A DNA stretch of 32,000 nucleotides, from positions 1 to 32,000 of the forward strand of contig JAVVGN010000001.1 in NCBI GenBank assembly GCA_032249095.1. The letters are read 5' to 3'. Positions 23,963 through 32,000 of this stretch are shown here, piece after piece. Position 1 is the first letter of the stretch. Each line of letters begins with the position of its first letter. Position numbers and translations under genes: made by a program. The DNA comes from Candidatus Caldarchaeales archaeon (lineage in GTDB: Archaea > Thermoproteota > Nitrososphaeria_A > Caldarchaeales > Calditenuaceae). The notes below the pieces were generated by a model. It was not told where the DNA came from, searched no databases, and saw only the letters and a list, made by a program, of their open reading frames with translations.

Positions 23963-24763
23963 ATGCCCAGTGCTGGCGGATTGGTCGAGGAGCTTATTTG
24001 GGTCCATGGCCCCCGCGGCCGACTTGCCACGACGCTCCACATCCCCCCGAGCACACCCGCGCCCGCCCTCGTGATGTGCCACGGCTTTACAGGGAACAGG
24101 GTTGAGGCCCACAGACTCTTCGTAAGGGCCGCCAGAGAGTTCTGCAGGCGTGGAATACTCGCGGCCAGGTTCGACTTCTACGGCTCGGGCGAGAGCGAGG
24201 GAGAGTTCCACGAGATGACTCTGAGCAGTGAGATCGAGGACCTCGGAGCAATACTAGATTACTTGCTGTGCAGGCCTGAGGTGGATCCGCGGAAGGTCGG
24301 AGCCCTGGGCCTGAGCATGGGCGGGGTTGTCGCGCTGGCGAGGGCCGCGGCAGACGGTAGGATTAGGTTCGTCGTCACGTGGAGCGCCCCCGCCTCCTTC
24401 CAAATGCTGGTTGAGACGGCCGAGAACCTGTTTAGAGAGGCAGTAGTCAGGGGCGAATACGTCGACCTCCCCAGCGGCTACAGAATCAGCAGAGAATTCA
24501 TACAAGACATCGCTAGACACAGCGTCCTAGAATACGCTCCACGCATCTCCCCAAGGCCGCTACTCATACTCCACGGAGACAGAGACACGGTGGTCCCGCC
24601 AAGCCATGCCGAAGAACTCTACAAATCAGCGAAGGACCCCCGCGAGATGGCGATCATAAAGGGGGGAGACCACACATTCACCGGCTGGGACGTAGAGTGG
24701 GACGCGATAACAGTCACGGCGGACTGGTTGAGGAGAGTCACAGATGCCCTAAGAGAGGGCTAG
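23963..24763 (+). CDS. Alpha/beta hydrolase (esterase / peptidase S9-like)
   Basis: HGFTG oxyanion region, the nucleophile elbow GLSMGG, and HGDRDTVVP plus GGDHTF, which supply the acid and His. Confidence 0.75.
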   Translation: MPSAGGLVEELIWVHGPRGRLATTLHIPPSTPAPALVMCHGFTGNRVEAHRLFVRAAREFCRRGILAARFDFYGSGESEGEFHEMTLSSEIEDLGAILDYLLCRPEVDPRKVGALGLSMGGVVALARAAADGRIRFVVTWSAPASFQMLVETAENLFREAVVRGEYVDLPSGYRISREFIQDIARHSVLEYAPRISPRPLLILHGDRDTVVPPSHAEELYKSAKDPREMAIIKGGDHTFTGWDVEWDAITVTADWLRRVTDALREG

Positions 24764-24809
24764 AACGCATGAGGTCTGCCACACCTAGTGGGTAGCCAGT
24801 TAAGGAGAG

Positions 24810-25470
24810 GGCTTATGATACTGGTCTCTTGTTGGCTAGCTTGGATTATTTCTTGGACTTGATGGCCTTTGACTCTAGGTTTGACTAGGTTTGAGAGGTC
24901 TTCTAGGCCTTTGTCTTAAAGGAGGTTTGTAAGGCTAGCCTGAGTATGCTGAGAGCCTATCCCAGACACACCTAGGTGTCAGGATCCCTGAGTCAACACT
25001 GCATTACTGGGAGGTTAGGCATGGGGAGGTGTTAAAGATTCTTCTCAGGCTGCTGAGCCTCATGGACTACGACTACTCAGTGATAGACTCAACGAGGTTT
25101 ACGGATTGGCTTAAGAGTCTGCATGAACTATTCATCGATGTTAGGGTGAGAAGCGGCGAGACGTTACTCCCAGTCCACGTCCAGCCTACGGGCTCCGAGG
25201 TGGAGTTCGTTGAAGGGATACCTGAGGTGGAGGGGCAATTCTTGGAGATGGAGCATTCAATGCGAAACCCATCCTAAACACCATAAGCATCTAAGGGATA
25301 CATACCCATAGTGAAGAAGGGCTCGAGAAGCCCTAGGGTATGGAGCGAGGATTAAGGTTAGAGCATACGATGAAGCTTCATATCCCTATAGGAGTGTCGG
25401 TGAAGGATATTGGAAGCACTAATAGTAGGGTGCGGAGACAGACTGAAAAACGAGGAGGGAGGAGTCAAGG
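24810..25470 (+). mobile_element. Degenerate IS remnant (DDE transposase of IS4/IS5 type, multiply frameshifted and truncated)
   Basis: The open frame at 24939-25277 encodes ..LGVRIPESTLHYWEVRHGEVLKILLRLLSLMDYDYSVIDSTRFTDW.. This is an HTH segment (IP-x-STL-x-W) followed by the first catalytic-Asp motif (iDSTxf) of DDE_Tnp_1 transposases. Upstream N-terminal-like pieces and a downstream piece (..KVRAYDEASY..) lie in other frames. The region is AT-richer. I could not define terminal inverted repeats. Confidence 0.45.
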
Positions 25471-25614
25471 AGGACAAGAACACACCTAAGGATTATAATA
25501 TGCTGCCTAAAAATCCTTGTGAGGTGGGCTTGCGAGTAGCTGGACACGCCCATTTGGCATTCTCAATAGTAATCATATTTATATAATAAAATGATGATAT
25601 ATTAATAGGAACTT

Positions 25615-26997
25615 TTGAGGATAATAGGTAGTTTAGGTGGGAGGGCTGCAAAAATAGTTTATAGCTTTGGAAACATGGGACAATCACTTATCTTTCATTC
25701 AATAGGAACGTACTTAATGTATTTCTACATAGATGTGGTCGGTCTCGACCCCACACTTATAGGAACCGGGTTCTTGTTATCATATGGGGTTTGGAATTCC
25801 ATAAATGACCCAATCGCCGGCTATATTTCTGATCGTACACGAACAAGATGGGGGCGCAGGATACCATTCATACTTTATTGCACGCCACTCATGATGATGC
25901 TTTTCATTCTAGTCTGGTCCCCGCCCGTCGGAAAAACATTCGATGCCATTGCAATATTCTTGTACTTTGTCTTTGTTGTTGCAATCTTTGAGTTCTTCTA
26001 CACTCTTGCTAGCGTAGGCTAGGACGCCTTTGATCCTGAGATGTTTCAAGATCTTAAGGAGCGGGCAGAGGTATCCGCCTATAGACAATACACTGCCATG
26101 ATGGGGATAATTGTAGGCTTCGTTCTAACCCCGCCTCTTATCTCATATCTTAACGAGAGGTTTGGCAACCGCGCCGGATGGACAATGACGGGGGCGATTC
26201 TATCTAGCGTAGGAGGAGGTGCATTCCTCACTTCGCTGCTGGGGTGCAGAGAGAGGAAGGAGTATGCCATGGCTGGTGTACTTCCACTTACCCAAGCAAT
26301 GAGAATAACCCTCACAAACAGATCCTTCATTACAGCTGCTCTGTGCCTCCTTATGACAAGCTGGATCTGGAGCTTTCTCTCGGCTCTAAGCCCGTTTCTT
26401 GTTACCTACATGCTTAGGGGTAGCATCGCTGATATTACCCTCATGTCGGCCCCTCTAATTTTGTCCACAGCGGCATGTTATCCGCTTTGGCGGAAAATCT
26501 GTATCCGTATGGGTACAAAACGTGCATACATAATCGCAACATCTTTATCTGTCTCTTTTCTCTTGCCACTTATTCTACTAGCGGATTCTATTCTGACGGC
26601 CGGCGTGATAATGGTCTTCTATGGATTCGCGAACTCAGGAGCGACTCTTGTGAGGGATATCACGATCGCCGATGTAATAGATGAAGATGAGCTTAGGACA
26701 GGTCTTAGGAGGGAAGGCGTATACCTAGGTTCTCGCACCTTCGTAGACAGATTTGCACTCGCCCTTACAGGAGCAAGTACAGCTCTCGTCTTCAACGTAA
26801 CAGGTTTCGTCCCAAGCGCCAACCAACCAGCAAGCACAATCACGAATATGAGGGTCGCCTCAGCCTCAATTCTAGTTGTAGCTCTGATAGGATTCCTTAC
26901 GTCCATCAAGTATTATCCTTTAGGAGCAACCCGCGTTGCTGAGATAAGGGAGATGTTAAAAGAGGCTCGCCAAGCAAGATGGGGTAGCCATACATAG
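25615..26997 (+). pseudogene. GPH-family (glycoside-pentoside-hexuronide:cation symporter, MelB/YicJ-like) transporter interrupted by one in-frame TAG
   Basis: The GPH signature NSINDPIAGYISDRTRTRWGRRIPF is present. ORFs 25615-26022 and 26041-26997 are in the same frame, separated only by TAG 26020-26022. That stop falls at the conserved aromatic position before ..DPEM..D..ER. Composition is AT-richer than the surroundings. Confidence 0.75.
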
Positions 26998-27127
26998 CTT
27001 AACCGGAACAAATGAGAGATCCTCTGTCTCTAACGGTTGACGCCATCTAGACACGTGAAGAACCTTATCTTGGCAAAAGGGGATACAGCATGAATGAAGT
27101 AATAGAGTAGTAGTTTGTCTGAGTTGA

Positions 27128-27210
27128 GGACCCCGGGGTAAGCCTCCGAGCCGCCTGCAGCGGCGGGAAGATGGCAGCCCCAGCGGGGGGTTCAGGGAAC
27201 AATCGTATCC
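27128..27210 (+). ncRNA. Candidate structured sRNA (H/ACA-like features, unconfirmed)
   Basis: A GC-rich island inside AT-rich spacer. A 7-bp closing stem pairs GGACCCC (27128-34) with GGGGUUC (27187-93). An internal hairpin pairs CCGCC with GGCGG, and GA-rich internal loops are present. ACA lies at 27199-27201 and T5 at 27211-15. A TATA-like AAGTAATAGAG (27097-27107) is centred 26 nt upstream. Confidence 0.3.
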
Positions 27211-27598
27211 TTTTTGGTAGTCAAGTCTAATGCTCTTAACGGCTAGCATAGCGTGGTGGCAGAACCTTTATATCCAATTCAGGAGGAGACTGTGCGAGAG
27301 GTTTTGACTTGAAAAAACTCCATTCCCGAGCGAGTATATTTTGACGACCGTCTTTGCCCCACTACTTGCGAGTCTTCTACTGATCCCGCCGGCACTCGGC
27401 CCACATGCCCAGCCCTCGTTGAGGGATAGGGCGAGGGGTGGTCTTCGAGATAGAAGGCGTCGTCTATGTTGATGAGGGGGAGAGTTGGTTAAGGTGCTGG
27501 GGAGTAGCGTCTAGGTTCCGGAAAAACACAAAAACCCGAGACTTGATCTTGACGGAGCCTACGTACTCTGCCTTCTCAAGCGGTGGAGACTCTATATC

Positions 27599-28558
27599 TT
27601 GGAGTGCCGCCTTCCCTCCGGTGAAGTGTGGGGAGAGGCTGTTCTCGGGGGCTGGCACAGGGTTATTTTCGGCGACTCGAGGAGCATGAGGGAGGTTAAG
27701 GACGGGAGTGTTCACCTGGTAGTCACGTCTCCGCCCTACCCCATGATTGAGCTCTGGGACAAGCAGTTCCGGGCACTAGATAAGCGTATAGACGCACTAT
27801 GGGTCCAGATGGAGGATGAAAGGGACGAGTGGGAGAGAGCCTGCATAGCTTCCCGAATATATGATCTGATGCATGAGAACCTCGCGAAGACTTGGGGTGA
27901 GGTCTACAGGGTCCTCGTTGATGGTGGGATAGCCTGCATAAACGTCGGAGACGCATTAAGGAGCGTCGGCGGCATCTTCCAGCTCTTTCCAAACCACGCG
28001 AGGATTCTCGAGGAGTGTAGGCGGATAGGCCTCACGGCGCTCCCCTACATCCTCTGGAAGAAGCCTACGACCAAGCCTAAGTATAAGGGGAAGGGGGCCT
28101 TCCTGGGCTCCGGCTTCCTGCCGCCCAACGCCTACATCACGCTAGACTGCGAGTACATACTGATCTTCAGGAAGGGGCGTCCGAGGGAGTTCAGCCCCCG
28201 CGACCCACTCAGGTACGCGAGCAGATACAGCAAGGAGGAGAGAGACACCTGGTTCACACAGATATGGGAGATACGTGGGGCGAGGCAGGCGCTCACAGAG
28301 CTGGAGCGGAGGGCAGCGGCCTTCCCGGAGGAGATACCGAGACGCCTAATCCGCATGTTCTCGATAATCGGCGACACCGTCCTAGACCCGTTCCTAGGCA
28401 CCGGCACCACCGTCAAGGTAGCGATGGAGCTGAAGAGAAACAGCATCGGCTACGAAATCGACGAGGCCTTCAGGCCCGTAGTCGAGTCGAAGATAAGACC
28501 AGTCCATCGCCGTCTCCAGGATAGCACGAAGGTAGAGCTCCTCAGGAGAGGCTTGTGA
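27599..28558 (+). CDS. Beta-class DNA methyltransferase (N4-cytosine or N6-adenine)
   Basis: Motif IV, VHLVVTSPPYP, lies near the N-terminus, and motif I, VLDPFLGTGTT, lies near the C-terminus (PF01555-type order). The likely start is GTG 27626, 32 nt downstream of TCTATAT (27591-97). The ORF-track TTG 27599 abuts that TATA. Confidence 0.85.
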   Translation: MECRLPSGEVWGEAVLGGWHRVIFGDSRSMREVKDGSVHLVVTSPPYPMIELWDKQFRALDKRIDALWVQMEDERDEWERACIASRIYDLMHENLAKTWGEVYRVLVDGGIACINVGDALRSVGGIFQLFPNHARILEECRRIGLTALPYILWKKPTTKPKYKGKGAFLGSGFLPPNAYITLDCEYILIFRKGRPREFSPRDPLRYASRYSKEERDTWFTQIWEIRGARQALTELERRAAAFPEEIPRRLIRMFSIIGDTVLDPFLGTGTTVKVAMELKRNSIGYEIDEAFRPVVESKIRPVHRRLQDSTKVELLRRGL

Positions 28559-28654
28559 GCGACGAAGCATCGGCCAGAAGAGCCTATGCACGCCTAGGAG
28601 GCTTGCCCCGAATCTGGGCCGCGATATAGCCGCTATCAGCGCAACTTTTGTAAT

Positions 28655-30670
28655 ATGGCTACTCACGATATATTAGAGTTTTTGGAGATAGATGTTTACA
28701 CGCTGCTGGAAAGTGGGAAAACTGTTATAAGCGTCAGGCCTCGCTGGATTCTTAACCGAATGGCACTAAGCGGTCCGATAGCCGTCATAGTGGTTGTTTT
28801 GGGGTCCTTTGCGTCGCTCTACCTGCTCAACTATGTCTTCCTTGCGATAGTTTCGTGGATGAAGAGTCCGAGGCTCAAGGGGGCTGCTGTGGTGGAGTGG
28901 CCCAACGTCTCCATCCACGTTCCCGTTTATAATGAGAGATACGTTGTTGGGAGACTGCTCGACGCGTTGGCGGAGCTCGAGTATCCTTCGGAGAAGCTCC
29001 AGGTGGTCGTGGTCGACGACTCTACTGACGACACGACAAGCATCGTCTCTGAAGCTATTAAGAGGAACTCTGGGACAGGTATAGAGTTTCTGCATATCCG
29101 GAGGGGTGGAAGGTGGGGGTTCAAGGCCGGAGCGCTTCAGGAGGCTCTGAAGATCAGTAGGGGAGAATTTATAGCGATCTTTGACTCCGACTTCGTCCCT
29201 CCCAAGAATTTTCTCAGAGGCGTCATTCCATACCTGATGTCTGACGAGAGGATAGCTGCTGTTCAGGTCAGGTGGGAGCACCTTAACCGGGAGAGCTCGT
29301 TCCTCACGCAGGGGCAGGCGCTGAGCCTTGACCTACACTTCGAGGTTGAGCAGAGGGCCAGGTCAGCGGCCTCATTCTTCCTCAACTTCAACGGCACGGC
29401 CGGAGTATGGCGTAGGCGTTGCATCGAGGAGGCTGGGGGATGGAGACCCTTCTTAGCCGAGGACCTAGAGTTGAGCCTCAGGGCCCAGCTCAGGGGCTGG
29501 AGGATCGTCTATATTCCTGAGCCCGCCTCCCCCGGCGAGTTGCCTCCCCAGATGGAGGCCGCGAAGAGACAGCAGTACAGGTGGGCCTATGGCGCGATAG
29601 AGGCTGCAAAAGCGCACCTCGCCTCAATACTGAGGTCAAGCCTAGGATGGGGTGTGAAGCTCCAGGCATTCTTACATCTAACTAGGCATGTGCCCCAACT
29701 CTTGTTCCTAGTGATTCTCTTGCTAACGCCTCTGGCAGTCCTGCTAGGAGTCCCCACGGGAAACGTCTTCCTCTCGGCCTCATGGGCCCTCATCTCCGCT
29801 GTTCTGGTCTCAGCAACCCTCGGCGTCAGAGGTCTGAAGGAGCTGCCCCAGTTTATTCTGTTCACCACCTCCATGACTCTCAACAACTCGTTGGCCGTCA
29901 TAGAGGCCCTGCTGGGCTGTAAGATACCGTTCCACAGGACGCCGAAATTCGGCGAAGGTGAGTGGCGAGGGAAGCGGTATATCCTGCCACTAGATTTCCA
30001 GTCATACTTCGAGGTCGCACTGGGCGCGGCCCTCGTCGCCACAGCTTTTTTTGCCACGCTTAAAGCCCTCTACGGCTACGTCGTCTATACATCTATAGCG
30101 GGCGTCTCGCTTATGTATGCGGGACTACTTTCTATATACCACGCCCCTAGGAGTGAGTATTCCGGCTTGACGGCTAGGGCTAAGGTTCTGAGGATCTTGA
30201 TACTGCTGATGTTGGCGCTGGCGATATTCGGCTCCGTCATAGGTTACTATCAGACCTATTACAGGCTTGATGTCGCGAGCTCATACCTCGTGAGGGGTGC
30301 ATCGTCGAGCGACGCGGCCGAGATCGCGCGATACATAGAGGCGGCGCTGACATCCCTCCCACGTGAAGGGAACCCTGTCTGGATCCTGCCCACTCCGAGG
30401 ACGGATTTCCGCCTAATAACTTCGGACCTTGAGGGGCTGAGAGATAGCGCGCTTAGACTCGCAGCCGAGGGAGCGAGCTCGCCCACCTATCAGCAGGGCA
30501 TAGACCAGATAAAAGATAGCCTGAAGATCATCCGGGACCAGGTGATGGAGGCGGCGATCTTCTACTACATGAGCCCGTCCGCTCTTCTCAGCACGGCGCT
30601 ATGGCTGGTGGGACTGGCCCTCCTCATCCGCACCTATTTGAGGGAGCGAAGCAGATCTGCTGAGCAGTGA
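28655..30670 (+). CDS. Processive family-2 glycosyltransferase (cellulose/glucomannan-synthase-like) with a C-terminal extension
   Basis: Motifs VPVYNE, VVVDDSTDD, FDSDF, AEDLELS and QQYRW (QxxRW), with TM helices on both sides. The last ~200 aa form a helical non-membrane segment between TM helices. The ATG lies 29 nt downstream of GATATAG (28623-29). Confidence 0.85.
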   Translation: MATHDILEFLEIDVYTLLESGKTVISVRPRWILNRMALSGPIAVIVVVLGSFASLYLLNYVFLAIVSWMKSPRLKGAAVVEWPNVSIHVPVYNERYVVGRLLDALAELEYPSEKLQVVVVDDSTDDTTSIVSEAIKRNSGTGIEFLHIRRGGRWGFKAGALQEALKISRGEFIAIFDSDFVPPKNFLRGVIPYLMSDERIAAVQVRWEHLNRESSFLTQGQALSLDLHFEVEQRARSAASFFLNFNGTAGVWRRRCIEEAGGWRPFLAEDLELSLRAQLRGWRIVYIPEPASPGELPPQMEAAKRQQYRWAYGAIEAAKAHLASILRSSLGWGVKLQAFLHLTRHVPQLLFLVILLLTPLAVLLGVPTGNVFLSASWALISAVLVSATLGVRGLKELPQFILFTTSMTLNNSLAVIEALLGCKIPFHRTPKFGEGEWRGKRYILPLDFQSYFEVALGAALVATAFFATLKALYGYVVYTSIAGVSLMYAGLLSIYHAPRSEYSGLTARAKVLRILILLMLALAIFGSVIGYYQTYYRLDVASSYLVRGASSSDAAEIARYIEAALTSLPREGNPVWILPTPRTDFRLITSDLEGLRDSALRLAAEGASSPTYQQGIDQIKDSLKIIRDQVMEAAIFYYMSPSALLSTALWLVGLALLIRTYLRERSRSAEQ

Positions 30671-30677
30671 GTGGCGG

Positions 30678-31289
30678 GTGCAGACGGACATATCGATGAG
30701 GGGGCTGTGGCTGATTTACATATCCTACTTGATGGGGTCGATCGTCCTTTTCGGCTGGTATGATAGGACTACTGTGAAGGCGTTGTTGAACCCGACGCGG
30801 GACAGGGTGGGAAACATGATATTCGTCGCGGACGGAGTGGCCGTTTACCCATTCACGGTTGCTGCGGCCCTAGTCGGCGTCCTGTTGTCCGTCTATTACG
30901 TGTGGAGAAGGCTGGGGGGAGTGGCCGGATTATTGCTTGGGGTATTGGTTGGGAGGGCCTCGGTCCTGTCACTCTTCGAGCTGTATGAATTCACGTTCGT
31001 CGGGTTTGGAGCCGTATTTCACGGATGGGAGGCCTGGGAGGAAAACTATGGGAAGGGTGTAGAGTGGACCTTACTGAAGATGAGCTATGTCTCCTCGGTG
31101 GCACCGCTCGTGTCGAGGCGAGGAGTCTTGAGGGCTCTCGCAACATTCTCCGCCGCCATCGCGCTCTTTCTACTCTGGGTGTTCACGGGCTACCATCTCC
31201 CAGAGAGTGGAGACGCCATCGGATACGCCCTCAACGCCGCCACCAGAATACTCTACGCCCTGACGCCCGCAATCGCTCTAAGAGGCTAG
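30678..31289 (+). CDS. Polytopic membrane protein (hypothetical)
   Basis: Starts 8 nt after the GT2 stop, at GTG 30678 or ATG 30696. It has 5-6 hydrophobic helices and no recognised motif. Confidence 0.5.
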   Translation: MQTDISMRGLWLIYISYLMGSIVLFGWYDRTTVKALLNPTRDRVGNMIFVADGVAVYPFTVAAALVGVLLSVYYVWRRLGGVAGLLLGVLVGRASVLSLFELYEFTFVGFGAVFHGWEAWEENYGKGVEWTLLKMSYVSSVAPLVSRRGVLRALATFSAAIALFLLWVFTGYHLPESGDAIGYALNAATRILYALTPAIALRG

Positions 31290-31994
31290 CGAGAGCAGGA
31301 CCCGATAGCTAATCTCCTTCACACCCTCCTCCATCACTAGGTCGATCCCAGCCCAGTCTAGCCTGGGAGGCTGAACCTCCCTACCAATAAACGCCTCGAC
31401 CTCGGGCGGTACCTCGAGACTCAGCTCCAACTTCAGGAGGCTTGAGCCAAGCGTGGGGCGCCTCTCGGGGCTCCTCATCCATGGCGGCAGAGCGACTCTA
31501 CGCCCCCCTATCACCGCGTAGTCGAAGAATCTCCCCGACAACTCATTAGCCACTATCATCTTTCCACACCCCCTCTCCCTCCTGACTCTGATCCGGATCT
31601 CGTCAGCACGGCAAGTGAAGGTGGCCTGTGCTGTTTCGCGGGTATCGACCGCCACGTATCTAGTCCTGAGCAGAAGGCCCCTGAGCCTCATCAAGTGGTG
31701 GAAGAGTGGGGCGAGAGGCGATCCGGACTGGTAATGGGGAGCCAGCCGGTTTCTCACGAAGCGGTGGAGCTCTGTGATGTCTAAGGGGCCTAGGTACCTC
31801 CTCGAGACGCCGTTTAAGAGAAAGACCCGGGAGAAGCCCTCCTCGTGAAGAGAGTCTTTTGACGATAGGGGGAAGTACGTGACTCGCCCAGCCCTGAGAA
31901 CGACGCCCCCCAGCCCCAAACCCTCGCCTGTGATATCCTCTCCAAGGAATCTAAGGCCAAGACCCCTCGCAACGCCGGCCAGCTCCATACCCAT
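31278..31994 (-). CDS. Hypothetical protein (may extend beyond the window edge)
   Basis: A long ORF with protein-like composition. No stop occurs between 31994 and the window end. It overlaps the convergent membrane-protein gene by 12 nt. Confidence 0.4.
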   Translation of the reverse strand: MGMELAGVARGLGLRFLGEDITGEGLGLGGVVLRAGRVTYFPLSSKDSLHEEGFSRVFLLNGVSRRYLGPLDITELHRFVRNRLAPHYQSGSPLAPLFHHLMRLRGLLLRTRYVAVDTRETAQATFTCRADEIRIRVRRERGCGKMIVANELSGRFFDYAVIGGRRVALPPWMRSPERRPTLGSSLLKLELSLEVPPEVEAFIGREVQPPRLDWAGIDLVMEEGVKEISYRVLLSLAS

Positions 31995-32000
31995 CCCCGC

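Noticed and set aside
24875-24894. A tandem 10-bp duplication, and a general check of the window for CRISPR-like arrays.
   Set aside because: There are only two short copies with no spacers. No regularly spaced repeats were seen anywhere in the window.
25585-25650. AAUGAUGA upstream of the transporter gene as a C box.
   Set aside because: No D box (CUGA) occurs at an appropriate distance. The sequence is part of a generally A/T-rich promoter region.
26020-26022. The in-frame TAG in the GPH transporter as a possible pyrrolysine or readthrough codon.
   Set aside because: No pyl genes or PYLIS-like context are visible. The gene sits in decaying AT-rich DNA next to a transposase remnant. A nonsense mutation at a conserved aromatic position is the simpler explanation.
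26956-27715. ORFs of 83-97 aa in the spacer upstream of the methyltransferase (26956-27249 minus strand, 27438-27689 plus strand, 27464-27715 minus strand) as possible restriction-endonuclease remnants.
   Set aside because: They are short, mutually overlapping and lack recognisable nuclease motifs. One overlaps the methyltransferase start. This cannot be supported without translated database searches.

Overview
This is a gene-dense, visibly GC-rich archaeal chromosomal segment. Several features mark it as archaeal: tRNAs with bulge-helix-bulge (BHB) introns, a C/D box sRNA, and TATA boxes about 25-32 nt upstream of many start codons, which implies mostly leaderless or short-leader mRNAs. A fused IPCT/DIPPS (di-myo-inositol-phosphate) synthase is typical of hyperthermophiles, and ftsZ indicates FtsZ-based division. 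Most content is housekeeping. In order: tRNA-Gln(CUG) with two introns, IPCT/DIPPS, an ASCH protein, MscS, a CbiX-like chelatase, tRNA-Lys(CUU), MetRS, an unlisted 48-aa RHH gene overlapping ftsZ, a Toprim protein plus ValRS, a C/D box sRNA, an HExxH peptidase and a cyclase-family hydrolase. These are followed by two M50 site-2 proteases flanking a DPM-synthase-like GT2, then GlmS and an alpha/beta hydrolase. Two visibly AT-richer islets look like decaying acquired DNA. The first (about 4605-6404) lies just downstream of tRNA-Lys and carries an acylphosphatase remnant and vapBC. The second (about 24764-27600) carries a transposase remnant, a GPH transporter with one in-frame TAG, and a candidate structured sRNA. 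The right end encodes a beta-class DNA methyltransferase, a processive GT2 glycan synthase and membrane proteins. The best candidate for an undescribed system is the tightly coupled operon at 13741-17521. It encodes an FGD-family F420-type LLM oxidoreductase, a Spx/ArsC-like CxxC protein, 6-phosphogluconate dehydrogenase and a degenerate LarA-like protein, and could be an F420-linked oxidative pentose-phosphate module in an archaeon. Also notable: metG and gnd both have conserved N-termini lying upstream of any in-frame canonical start codon. All calls come from reading motifs by eye; no searches or computations were run.
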